Virus record (IMG/VR): IMGVR_UViG_3300035666_000002 | Direction: 5' to 3' (one strand) | Source of the DNA: a virus | DNA: 64,000 bases | In this document: positions 1 through 8,462 of the stretch, one piece after another | Layout of the letters: each line of letters starts with the position of its first letter | Numbering within the stretch: position 1 is the first letter of the stretch | Position numbers and translations under genes: made by a program | Notes under the pieces: model-generated | What the model was told of the DNA's origin: nothing | What the model saw: only the letters and a program-made list of their open reading frames with translations | Databases searched by the model: none

Positions 1-274
1 AAGAAATGGTCGAAGCAAAGTTTTTAATCTTGGTACGAAATACATCGATACCAGACTCATCAGAACCGTTAATGATGATGTAATCAGCATTGATTTCATT
101 ACACATAGCTTTAGCAATGGTTGTCTTACCGACACCTGCACCACCGCTCAAAAGCAAATGTGGAATCGTTCCACTTTTTACATACTCCTCGAAAGGCTTT
201 TTCAGCCTTTCGGGAAGAATACAATCATTAACGGTCTGTGGGCGATACTTCTCCGTCCAAAGTATATGTTCCAT
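1..274 (-). CDS. gp44: Sliding clamp loader large subunit (N-terminal part, runs off window)
   Basis: Manual translation from ATG at 274: MEHILWTEKYRPQTVNDCILP...GGAGVGKTTIAKAMCNE...INGSDESGIDVFR. WxEKYRP plus Walker A is typical of RFC/gp44; lies directly downstream of gp45. Not in the supplied ORF track. Confidence 0.95.
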   Translation of the reverse strand, partial: MEHILWTEKYRPQTVNDCILPERLKKPFEEYVKSGTIPHLLLSGGAGVGKTTIAKAMCNEINADYIIINGSDESGIDVFRTKIKNFASTIS

Positions 275-303
275 GATACCTCATAATATAAAAAGTCACA
301 AAA

Positions 304-978
304 TTATTCGTTTGTCGAACCAATGTCAGTTGCTACCCAATACTGAATGTCCTTTTCAGTATGTTTGAAGCTTGCAATACCACGGAAAGAAATTGATACT
401 TGATAAGACCCAGGAATCATCCGAAGATTTTCCGTCTTAAAAAGCATATTGTATTTTTTGCCATCACCATCAGCGATTTCGATTTCACTTGAATGTGCTG
501 ATGAATTTTTGCTGTCAAGTTGAGCAACAACAATTTTTGTTCCATCAGATTTGATAGCAATATGTGGGCTACCCAATACGGAAGCCGACTTCAAAACAGT
601 GTCAAGATCGTCTGATGACAAGGTGAAAGATACATCAACAGAAGGCATAGAAATAGTTTTATCTGGTGCATTCTTGATCATCTCAATAGAGCAAAGCTTG
701 TAACTGGTACGCTTTTTTCCGCTCTTGAGATTTGCAGCCTTGTTATTATCATCCAGTTCAATTTCTGTATTGTCATCATGTAGAGACAACACGGAAAGAA
801 AACGATTCAAATCGTAAATTGCAAAGTTTGAAGGAATCGTTTCGCTGATTTTTGTTTCAGCCATGATTTGCTTTTGAGTATCGCAAGTTCTCAAAATATT
901 TCCTGAACGAAAAACAATACCATCATTAATCGATGCAAAATTTTTCAGAACAGAAAGAGTTTCTTTAGAAAGTTTCAT
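304..978 (-). CDS. gp45: DNA polymerase sliding clamp
   Basis: MKLSKETLSVLKNFASIN...FAIYDLNRFLSVLSL...KTENLRMIPGSY is typical gp45; synteny with gp44. Confidence 0.95.
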   Translation of the reverse strand: MKLSKETLSVLKNFASINDGIVFRSGNILRTCDTQKQIMAETKISETIPSNFAIYDLNRFLSVLSLHDDNTEIELDDNNKAANLKSGKKRTSYKLCSIEMIKNAPDKTISMPSVDVSFTLSSDDLDTVLKSASVLGSPHIAIKSDGTKIVVAQLDSKNSSAHSSEIEIADGDGKKYNMLFKTENLRMIPGSYQVSISFRGIASFKHTEKDIQYWVATDIGSTNE

Positions 979-990
979 TATATAACCTCA

Positions 991-1362
991 TCATTTATCA
1001 ACAGAATACAGTATATCATGTTCATACAAAAACATCAAGCAACACATAGCGTGTGCTAGGTGATGTTTACCAGATTCGGGGTCTAGTTTCTCATTTTCTT
1101 TCCATGCCCACAAATGTCGTTGTAGTGCATCAAAATACCTACGCTTAGAATCTGGCACCAATTTCCAATTGTCACGCTCATACTTTTGAGCACCAAATGT
1201 CAATACATCAACGGTAGCTTTGAGTGCAAGAGGAGGAAGAAGCCCATATTCTAATTTACTACCATCAAACTTTCTACCACCTTCAGTGGCTACTTGTGAA
1301 CGAGCAACTTCATCCATGACATTAGTAGACTCAAAAAGTTCATATTGATCATCTTTCATCAT
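991..1362 (-). CDS. dATP/dGTP diphosphohydrolase-domain protein (DUF5664-like)
   Basis: GRKFDGSKLEYGLLP...VLTFGAQKYERDNW...YFDALQRHL..W...E.LDPESGKHHLAHAMCCLMFL signature. Confidence 0.8.
   Translation of the reverse strand: MMKDDQYELFESTNVMDEVARSQVATEGGRKFDGSKLEYGLLPPLALKATVDVLTFGAQKYERDNWKLVPDSKRRYFDALQRHLWAWKENEKLDPESGKHHLAHAMCCLMFLYEHDILYSVDK
1010..1038 (-). promoter_or_regulatory. Putative sigma70 promoter for gp45/gp44, inside the 3' end of the upstream gene
   Basis: Minus strand TTGATG-17 nt-TATACT with a TG extended -10. Confidence 0.45.
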
Positions 1363-2174
1363 AGTCTCCCAGTAAGTTCAGCAATCTTAGGCATATTGCC
1401 AGTGAAAGGATATGTTCCAATATGCTGAGTTCTCATCCAAGGGCACAAATAGATTTGACCTCCGATCTTTCTCCACAATTGACAAAACATATAGTCTTCA
1501 GAAAGATAACGGTCAGAACCACCACCTGTTGCACTCTCTTTAGTGTCGATGATAGTGTCAAAGTATGCATGAATATATCGTGAGCCATCGAAGTGTGCCT
1601 GCCCAACGTGATCTGGTTTGTATCGAAGTTGTGGATAAGCTTTCTCCATCTGTTCGAATACATGCCGCTTGATCAACATGAATCCAGTACCAATCTCTAG
1701 AACTTCTAGAGGATCAGTGACAGTGAATTGTTGAGTTCCTTTTACCACATTGAATACATAATCGCCAACAAGATTTTCTAATTCACCTGGGTTCATATCT
1801 GGATGTTTTCTTGCAGCTTCAGCAATATTAGCCCAGTTGATTGATTTTTTCGGATATGGACCACCAATCACGTCCTTATCTAGTGCTAGAAGAGCAATTA
1901 CATCTTGAGGATTGTAATGAATATCAGAATCGATAAACAATAGATGGGTACAATCTGAACGGAGAAATTCATCTGTTAGATAATTTCTAGCTCTGGTGAT
2001 CAAAGATTCGTTGAACAGAAATGAAAATCTTGTTTCGACTCCATACTTTGACATAATACCTTGAAGATCAAGACAAGACTTCACATACATGCCATGAGCC
2101 ATGCCACCATACATGGGTGTTGCAATAAACAGTTTGCTTTTTTTCAAGTCATCAATTTTTACTTTAATTTCCAT
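1359..2174 (-). CDS. GT-A fold glycosyltransferase-like protein
   Basis: KLFIATPMYGG...NESLITRARN...THLLFIDSDI (DxD)...IGTGFMLIKR...YLSEDYMFC...H.G pattern. Confidence 0.7.
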   Translation of the reverse strand: MEIKVKIDDLKKSKLFIATPMYGGMAHGMYVKSCLDLQGIMSKYGVETRFSFLFNESLITRARNYLTDEFLRSDCTHLLFIDSDIHYNPQDVIALLALDKDVIGGPYPKKSINWANIAEAARKHPDMNPGELENLVGDYVFNVVKGTQQFTVTDPLEVLEIGTGFMLIKRHVFEQMEKAYPQLRYKPDHVGQAHFDGSRYIHAYFDTIIDTKESATGGGSDRYLSEDYMFCQLWRKIGGQIYLCPWMRTQHIGTYPFTGNMPKIAELTGRL

Positions 2175-2184
2175 AATTCACCAT

Positions 2185-2224
2185 AAAAAATAAGGAAGCG
2201 ATACTATTATATATCGCCTCCTTA
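2185..2224 (-). terminator. Intrinsic terminator after the HTH gene
   Basis: Minus strand TAAGGAGGCGATA-TATAATAG-TATCGCTTCCTTA followed by TTTTTT (13 bp stem with one G:U). Confidence 0.75.
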
Positions 2225-2242
2225 TCAAGGATTAGTTAGGTA

Positions 2243-2527
2243 TTAGGCGAATGTGCGAACATTCTTCTCACGAAGAGAACGGTAACCAGCAGCAACAACT
2301 TCTTTGCTAGGCTTGCCCATACGATAGAAGGAAATCTTACGACCATCAGCAAGAGTTTTGCGGTTGGTATAGATAGGATATCCTTCTTCACGAAGTTCGT
2401 GAATACGGGCTGAAACGTTCGTAACACCAAAACGATTACGAGCAGAAGCTACAGTAAAAGTATTAAACCCTTCAGCTTTAGTAAGGGCATTTAGCATTTT
2501 TTGTTTAGCAGACATTTTAGTCATCAA
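2243..2527 (-). CDS. Small basic winged helix-turn-helix protein
   Basis: FTVASARNRFGVTNVSARIHELREEGYPIYTN...ISFYRM; own promoter, GGAG RBS and terminator. Confidence 0.7.
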   Translation of the reverse strand: MMTKMSAKQKMLNALTKAEGFNTFTVASARNRFGVTNVSARIHELREEGYPIYTNRKTLADGRKISFYRMGKPSKEVVAAGYRSLREKNVRTFA

Positions 2528-2571
2528 ATTATCTCCATAGTTAAGTTAAAAAGAGCAGTGCTCTAGGACAA

Positions 2572-2613
2572 ATAATAACAAAACCTGAGAACCTTGTCAA
2601 TAGGTTCTCAGGT
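2572..2613 (-). promoter_or_regulatory. Sigma70 promoter with the -35 box in the loop of a 12 bp inverted repeat (also terminator-like for cobS)
   Basis: TTGACA (2600-2595)-17 nt-TATTAT with a TG extension; arms 2583-2594 and 2602-2613 are perfect reverse complements and are followed by TTTG on the minus strand. Confidence 0.75.
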
Positions 2614-2620
2614 ACAGTTA

Positions 2621-3769
2621 TCAGAAAGGAACCTCGTCAGTTTTTTCTACCGATGGTTGAACAACTTCAGGCTTTTGAAGCTTATTGTAAAGATCAAGAA
2701 ACGCAGCCTTAGTATCATCATCAAATCGATTCAAGCACAATTCGATAGACTTAGCTTTATCGCCGTGAACAGAGTAGGTACGGCAGATATGAACTAGGCG
2801 ACGGGTCGAAATAATCTCATCAACACCACCTTCCTTGAAGGTCTGGCGAATAACATCAGCCCAGTTAACAAGAAGATCACCAAAATCATCATCTTTACGA
2901 CCGAATGATTCAAGTTCCTTCTTGATAATTTTTTGTTCGACCTTGACAGGAGGAAATTCTTGTTCGTAGGTGTTCAGAAAACGTTCCAAGAATGCTTCGT
3001 TTAGAACATTGGTGAACATATATCGACCGTCTTCACTGCCTTTACCTTTGGTGTTTGCAGTGGCTACGATAGTGAAGCCTTCAGCAGGGCGAACAAGTTC
3101 ATTCTTTTTCTTCAAAAGAAAGGGTTTACCTTCAAGTACCCGTTGCAAGCAGGAGAGATTCTGAGCACCGTAGTCAATTTCATCGATACAAAGAACAGCA
3201 CCTTGACGAGCAGCAACAGTCACGGGACCATCACGCCATTCCATTTGACCGTTGATTAGAACATAGTTACCGAGAAGATCGGACTCATCGGTATCGGGAG
3301 TCATCGATACACACACAAACTTACGTTTGGTTTTAGCGCAAGCTTGTTCGACGGACATTGTTTTGCCGTTACCGGAATGTCCAGAAATAAAGACAGGAAA
3401 GAATTGGTTGCTCTTAAAGATAGAAACCAAATCATTGAAGTTACCAAAAGGAACATAGTTATCGTATACTTTTGGTACCAAATCTTCAGTTTCAAGATCG
3501 GTAGTAACACTAGAGATACGATTACCCGATTGTGTATTTTTACTCATGGGAATTACCTGAGCGGTCGAAGCCATCTCAACGATAGCAGAAGAAGGAACAC
3601 GGAACATACCGCGACTCACTCGATTCGAATCATCATTGGTGAACCAGTGAGGAAATGCAATAGAATTTTCTGAGCAAATCGAAGCAATATCTTGCCGACT
3701 CAGAATGGTTTTACCAGAAGCAGACAGAAGATCGAGAACCATTTGGCGCTTATTAGCACGTGAACTCAT
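2621..3769 (-). CDS. cobS: MoxR/CobS-like AAA+ ATPase
   Basis: Walker A GHSGNGKT, Walker B LCIDEID, ATANTKGKGSEDGRY, NVLNEAFLERF, ISTRRL. Confidence 0.9.
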   Translation of the reverse strand: MSSRANKRQMVLDLLSASGKTILSRQDIASICSENSIAFPHWFTNDDSNRVSRGMFRVPSSAIVEMASTAQVIPMSKNTQSGNRISSVTTDLETEDLVPKVYDNYVPFGNFNDLVSIFKSNQFFPVFISGHSGNGKTMSVEQACAKTKRKFVCVSMTPDTDESDLLGNYVLINGQMEWRDGPVTVAARQGAVLCIDEIDYGAQNLSCLQRVLEGKPFLLKKKNELVRPAEGFTIVATANTKGKGSEDGRYMFTNVLNEAFLERFLNTYEQEFPPVKVEQKIIKKELESFGRKDDDFGDLLVNWADVIRQTFKEGGVDEIISTRRLVHICRTYSVHGDKAKSIELCLNRFDDDTKAAFLDLYNKLQKPEVVQPSVEKTDEVPF

Positions 3770-3798
3770 GATATAGAAACTCCTCAGAAGATATGATC

Positions 3799-3839
3799 AT
3801 TATATGATGCCTGGAAGGTCCTGTCAAGCGACCTTCCAG
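3799..3839 (-). promoter_or_regulatory. Consensus sigma70 promoter for cobS with the -35 box in a hairpin loop
   Basis: TTGACA (3827-3822)-17 nt-TATAAT (3804-3799); 10 bp arms at 3811-3820 and 3830-3839. Confidence 0.85.
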
Positions 3840-3852
3840 ACTGTTGTAAAAA

Positions 3853-6072
3853 TCATACAGCGATTTGCTGAATGAATTTGTTAACGAACACTCGGCTAAT
3901 TTGCTTTTTAACATTAGCCTTCAGAAAAGCTTTTTTGATTTGGCTAGTTTTGGCACCCTCTTGAATATCCAATTCATAATCTTCAGCAGCAAGATTCGAA
4001 TCACCAGGAACGAAATAGAATTTTGAGTAGCCTTTGTTATTCGATTCGAGATGTTTATTCTCACGAACAATTTTTTGCAACTCTTTGCATTTTTCTTTAA
4101 TTTCAAAGAAACGATTTTCAAACAATTCTTGAATATGTTTTCCGTTTTCATCATGATAACGCCGAAAAATCGCTTCACGGGTTTCATGTTGATTGCCAGT
4201 AATATAGAAACCGATAATTTTTGAATCAGTAACTTTGGAGTACCAACTCAAAACAGATTCGAAAAGTTTATCACCTACAACATCGAATTGAAGTTTATTT
4301 TTCTTATCAGTCAAAACAACATTTTGTTTTTCAGAATTAAAAATTTTATAATGCTTATCTAGATTGTAACAGTGAATATTATCGGCATCGCCATCATGAA
4401 TCAGAATTGTATTTACAATATCCAGATTGTTCATCTTACGAAAATCATTAGTCAAAGGTTCGAGAGCAACCATTGCTTCAATCAAAGGAGTATTGGACAA
4501 TTCTTCAGAATAGGGGCGAAAAATAGTTCGCGAGTAACGACCACCATAAGAGTTCGATAGCGCAAGAACATTCTTCATACAGCGAGTGTATTCGGAAGCT
4601 TTCATATTTGAATTCAAATACTCTCGCAAGTAAACATGAGTCAAATACAATTCTTTATCGTTGGAAGAAAATCCGTTCAAACCCATACCCTCATTCGGAA
4701 AATCAACATTACGACAAGCAACATTATTTCCGAAACCGTACACCACAAAAGGAATATTAACTTTGCGACAGAATGCGGTCAAAATTAGAACTTGCTCAAG
4801 TGCATGTTTCATACAGTTGATCATCGATCCTGACCGATCAAACATGATAACGATACCATGAGACTTACCTTTTGGAACTTTTGTAAGTTTACGGAAAAGA
4901 TTATCTTCAATTTGATATTTGTAGATACGATTTACATCGATATCGCCAGTCTCAGAAATTTTCTGTTTGGAGAACTTCGATGCAGATTTACGCATCTCAA
5001 ATTCTTTGGCTAACAAACTAATGTAACGGTCATTTTTATTCTTAAACTCGGTATAATACTCAGAAATTTTCTGTTGAATTTCTTCATGAGTCCAACATGC
5101 ATTCATCAACTCATGGACACGCTTATATGGAGTAACGATTTTGTTTAGAATTGGTTTAGGAATATCAACATAAACATAGTCGCGACTTTCTTTCGAAAGC
5201 AACTTTGATTCATTATTGCGAAAAGCTTCATCTGTAACACAAACGGGTTCGAAGTTGCGCTCGCCAGAAAAAGGTGACGATTCTTTGAATCGATTTAGAA
5301 TATATTCATCATTCTCGGTCGATTCTTCTCCATCACCATCATCGGACTTGCGAGACTTGTTAGAGATATCGGAACTTTCCTCCGACTCATCTTCTTCCTC
5401 ATCACCATAATCATCAAAATCAAAATCATCACCGAAGTCAGAATCATCCATATCTTCGAACGAAGAGGAGATTTTCTTCATCTGCTCCTGCATCAATTCT
5501 TTTTGTTCTTCCTTCGAGTAATCATAGATGGCACCAGTTACACGAACAACATCTTCCCAAGTTTCACAAGATTCGACCTGAGAAACGAGAATTTGCTCTT
5601 CATCAGTAAAGGTAATACCTTGATTAACACCAGCTTTGGTGTACAAATTCAATCGATCAATGAAAGGCATATCATCAATCTTTCGATCTTTAATGCCAAA
5701 AAAATCCTTATCGATCAAGCTTTGATAAGCCTTAACAAAGGAAGGGCGAAGACCAGGGTAGCGCCGCTTGATTTTTTTCTCGATACGAGAATCTTCAACC
5801 ACATTCAAAAAGTGCTTGAAGTTTTTATTGAACTTGCCAGTTCCCATGACTGCATTATGCCAGCCCTCTTCTGGAGTTTCTAATGCATGACCGACTTCGT
5901 GACCTAGAAGAAGATCATAAAGTTCACCAGACATATTTTCCCAGATAGGGCAGTAGAGTGTGCGATTCTTCAAATCGAACATAGCCGTTTGAATCTTTTG
6001 ATGTTCGACTCGGATGTTCTCACTAGCCATAAGCTTGGCTAGTTGAGATTTAGATTCTTGGGTGAATTGCAT
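3853..6072 (-). CDS. HExxH metallopeptidase-like plus VWA (CobT-like) protein
   Basis: N-terminal LLGHEVGHAL and NVVEDSRIE, acidic linker, MIDAS motif MFDRSGSM, NTPL, IHDGDA; partner of the adjacent MoxR ATPase. Confidence 0.85.
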   Translation of the reverse strand: MQFTQESKSQLAKLMASENIRVEHQKIQTAMFDLKNRTLYCPIWENMSGELYDLLLGHEVGHALETPEEGWHNAVMGTGKFNKNFKHFLNVVEDSRIEKKIKRRYPGLRPSFVKAYQSLIDKDFFGIKDRKIDDMPFIDRLNLYTKAGVNQGITFTDEEQILVSQVESCETWEDVVRVTGAIYDYSKEEQKELMQEQMKKISSSFEDMDDSDFGDDFDFDDYGDEEEDESEESSDISNKSRKSDDGDGEESTENDEYILNRFKESSPFSGERNFEPVCVTDEAFRNNESKLLSKESRDYVYVDIPKPILNKIVTPYKRVHELMNACWTHEEIQQKISEYYTEFKNKNDRYISLLAKEFEMRKSASKFSKQKISETGDIDVNRIYKYQIEDNLFRKLTKVPKGKSHGIVIMFDRSGSMINCMKHALEQVLILTAFCRKVNIPFVVYGFGNNVACRNVDFPNEGMGLNGFSSNDKELYLTHVYLREYLNSNMKASEYTRCMKNVLALSNSYGGRYSRTIFRPYSEELSNTPLIEAMVALEPLTNDFRKMNNLDIVNTILIHDGDADNIHCYNLDKHYKIFNSEKQNVVLTDKKNKLQFDVVGDKLFESVLSWYSKVTDSKIIGFYITGNQHETREAIFRRYHDENGKHIQELFENRFFEIKEKCKELQKIVRENKHLESNNKGYSKFYFVPGDSNLAAEDYELDIQEGAKTSQIKKAFLKANVKKQISRVFVNKFIQQIAV

Positions 6073-6096
6073 TTCGTTTCCTCACGTTATGAAACG

Positions 6097-6146
6097 ATTC
6101 TACACAGTTCAGAATGCTTTGTCAACACTGTTGTAAAAATACAACA
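6097..6146 (-). promoter_or_regulatory. Sigma70 promoter with upstream palindrome TGTTGTA-N4-TACAACA
   Basis: TTGACA (6125-6120)-17 nt-TAGAAT (6102-6097); palindrome at 6129-6146; GAGG RBS before ATG 6072. Confidence 0.8.
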
Positions 6147-7475
6147 CTATCGTCCTACTTGATTCAGGTACTTATCTTTTGTTTCTTCCCAAGTCATGTA
6201 AATGAGGTCATCATAAAATAAGGTTTCATCTGACACTTTTTCTTTCTTCTTCAGAAAACCGATTCGTCCTCTTGCATGTTTTTCTTTCCAGATTTTGACC
6301 AATGCTTCGGTGCTGCTATCAAAAGTCTTTTTCATATCTTCGAACTTGCATTCTTTTCTGAGAAAATCAGAAGTCTTATCGTACAGAGGTGTAAAATAAA
6401 TTCCTCGCGCATGTTCAGAGCGAACTAATTCTTTTGGTACACCCATCTTTGAGTAGGTAAAGTTCAGCGACCGATTCTTGTGGTCTCTTTTAAAAGGTTG
6501 ACCAGCAGGATTGGTTGCCACATACCATTCAAAATATCTTTGCGTATGATTTACTTTCAACCATTGCTCAATGTCTTTACGTGTTTTCTTGCTTGGTTCA
6601 AAAGAAACAGAACCAGCAGTGAAGCCCATAGGCTTCCAATGATCCAGATTATCATACTGGCTCAGACCGTTTGCTTTTGTTTTACCATAGAGAGAAGTTG
6701 TTGTGACACCAACAAGCTTATCACCATAAACTTTTTCCCATAGATGCTGAACTTCATCAGACAAACAAAGCAGTGCTAGAAGTTTACCACCCACATAGTT
6801 ATAACCTAGAGGCTGAAAAGGAACAATGGTCGAACCGATTGCAGTATGATTAATCATTCGACCTTGTGTTTTGATTTCTCTCGACCAACCGATAAAACTA
6901 TCTCTTGGTGTTAGATCGAGAAAGTCGGATGAAATACAAATAACACCGAGATATTTTTTTGATGTACGATCTTTAACAAAGAAGTTCAGATTTCTTCCGA
7001 TGTTGCTGTTATTCTTCATCGTTGAGATGAATGTGCGAGCGGTGTTCCAATACTCAGGAAGATTCGATCTTTTTATTTTGATATCGACAGTATCACCATC
7101 AACAGTTTCTTTCTGAATGATTGTTGAATCATCTGTCCATTCAAGATATGGATCAAGACTCATATAATCATCCGGGCTAGTTGGCTTCCAGATATTCGAT
7201 TTAATGTGATCGATCATATCACCTTGTTCAGGATTCACAAGTTGTTTTTCCGAACCAAAGAGAGTATTCGTTTCTACAACGGGATATTTTTCTTGGACTT
7301 CACACCATTTTTGATAGAGAGTATACTCTTTAACGTCCATTTGTGAAACATAGGACAGTTCACGAATAACTCTTTCGGTCAGTTCTTTTTCATCAATCGT
7401 CTGGAAAGACTCGGAAGGATTAGCTTCCGACCATTCTTTCCATTGTCTCTTAACATCATCAGTCCAATTTTCCAT
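6147..7475 (-). CDS. DUF4338 / Druantia DruA-like domain protein
   Basis: IGRNLNFFVKD...YLGVICISSD..DLTPRD.FIGW; STIVPFQPLGYNYVGGKLLALL; LVGVTTTSLYG; SQYD.L..W...G.T.G motifs recognised by eye. Confidence 0.7.
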   Translation of the reverse strand: MENWTDDVKRQWKEWSEANPSESFQTIDEKELTERVIRELSYVSQMDVKEYTLYQKWCEVQEKYPVVETNTLFGSEKQLVNPEQGDMIDHIKSNIWKPTSPDDYMSLDPYLEWTDDSTIIQKETVDGDTVDIKIKRSNLPEYWNTARTFISTMKNNSNIGRNLNFFVKDRTSKKYLGVICISSDFLDLTPRDSFIGWSREIKTQGRMINHTAIGSTIVPFQPLGYNYVGGKLLALLCLSDEVQHLWEKVYGDKLVGVTTTSLYGKTKANGLSQYDNLDHWKPMGFTAGSVSFEPSKKTRKDIEQWLKVNHTQRYFEWYVATNPAGQPFKRDHKNRSLNFTYSKMGVPKELVRSEHARGIYFTPLYDKTSDFLRKECKFEDMKKTFDSSTEALVKIWKEKHARGRIGFLKKKEKVSDETLFYDDLIYMTWEETKDKYLNQVGR

Positions 7476-8462
7476 TCAATTTCCTATGATTTGATTCAAT
7501 CTCTCAGAGAATCTTTCGTAATACCACTCTTCAGAATATTGCTTACTAATATAATTTAGGAAAACTTTTTCTTTATATTTTTCAATCTCTGGTATTTTAC
7601 TATAAAGTTCTTCAACAGAAGAAACTCTCTGCCAAGGATCAGCGACTAGAGTGTTGTCTTCATCATAGTTTTTCCATACAAAAGGAAAAATATCACAAGC
7701 GATAGCTTCATGATATCGACTCGTAGTTGCTTTACTATCAAGCCAATTAAAACAAAGAGTAGACTTACCTTCTTCCAAGATGGGAACCAGATTATACATC
7801 GAATCAATTTTTTTGTCAGGTACAATTGAGTTGTACTTGCCGATAAAGTAGGAAGATATTTTGTTATCTTTTTTAATGCGTTTGAAAACTGTATGTCTCT
7901 CATCTCCACTTTCGATGTTATCAATCAGTTTTCTTTTGTCGCATCCCCAATAAACAAAATCATAATTTCTTTCAGTTTCAAACAGTTTGATACCTCGTCT
8001 TTGTCGGATAAAAAAGTATTTCATTCCGTGAAGACCACCAGGAATATCCATCTCATCAAAAGTAGAAAACTTTCCTATCAGATGCCCAGCAAAAGTTCTT
8101 TTTCGATACAGTTCTTCATTGTCTGCTCGGTCACTACGCACAATTACAACATGTTTATTGTGAAGATGACCTCCAATTTGATTTACAAATTCATCCGATC
8201 TTTCTTTGTGTCTTTGGTCAACATAACCTTTGATGTGTTGAAAAAATTCATTCTCACTGGGAATCAAAATGACATCAGAATCAGCAATGTCATCTAGTTT
8301 TTTTCTATTAGCGGCACCCCAGCCGAAATTACAAACACCATAATCGTGTTGAGGGTTTCGTACCATATACTCTTTGAAAAGATAATAGAAAGAATCCATA
8401 ATATCATGGAGAGGTTCTTTGTAATTAGTACCGCTTCGCAATCTAGCAATAGTCAATTTCAT
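7476..8462 (-). CDS. GT-B glycosyltransferase resembling T4 DNA beta-glucosyltransferase
   Basis: YDFVYWG...SGDER and TTSRYHEAIAC...YDEDNTLV...VSSVEELYSKI match recalled T4 BGT motifs DVIYGG..RSGQR and TLRVWETMAS...FDTKHRII...VNNRAELIDRV; similar size. Confidence 0.6.
   Translation of the reverse strand: MKLTIARLRSGTNYKEPLHDIMDSFYYLFKEYMVRNPQHDYGVCNFGWGAANRKKLDDIADSDVILIPSENEFFQHIKGYVDQRHKERSDEFVNQIGGHLHNKHVVIVRSDRADNEELYRKRTFAGHLIGKFSTFDEMDIPGGLHGMKYFFIRQRRGIKLFETERNYDFVYWGCDKRKLIDNIESGDERHTVFKRIKKDNKISSYFIGKYNSIVPDKKIDSMYNLVPILEEGKSTLCFNWLDSKATTSRYHEAIACDIFPFVWKNYDEDNTLVADPWQRVSSVEELYSKIPEIEKYKEKVFLNYISKQYSEEWYYERFSERLNQIIGN

Noticed and set aside
90-368. Plus-strand 92 aa ORF and other short plus-strand ORFs in the track
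   Set aside because: They are antisense to well-supported genes (here gp44) and have no recognisable motifs.
991-1362. Z-genome (2-aminoadenine) system
   Set aside because: Only the hydrolase domain is present; no purZ or datZ is visible here, so it cannot be claimed.
2621-6072. Cobalamin biosynthesis
   Set aside because: No CobN or other cob genes; these are generic MoxR/VWA partners.
6147-7475. Complete Druantia defence system
   Set aside because: Only a DruA-like gene; no DruE helicase or other components.
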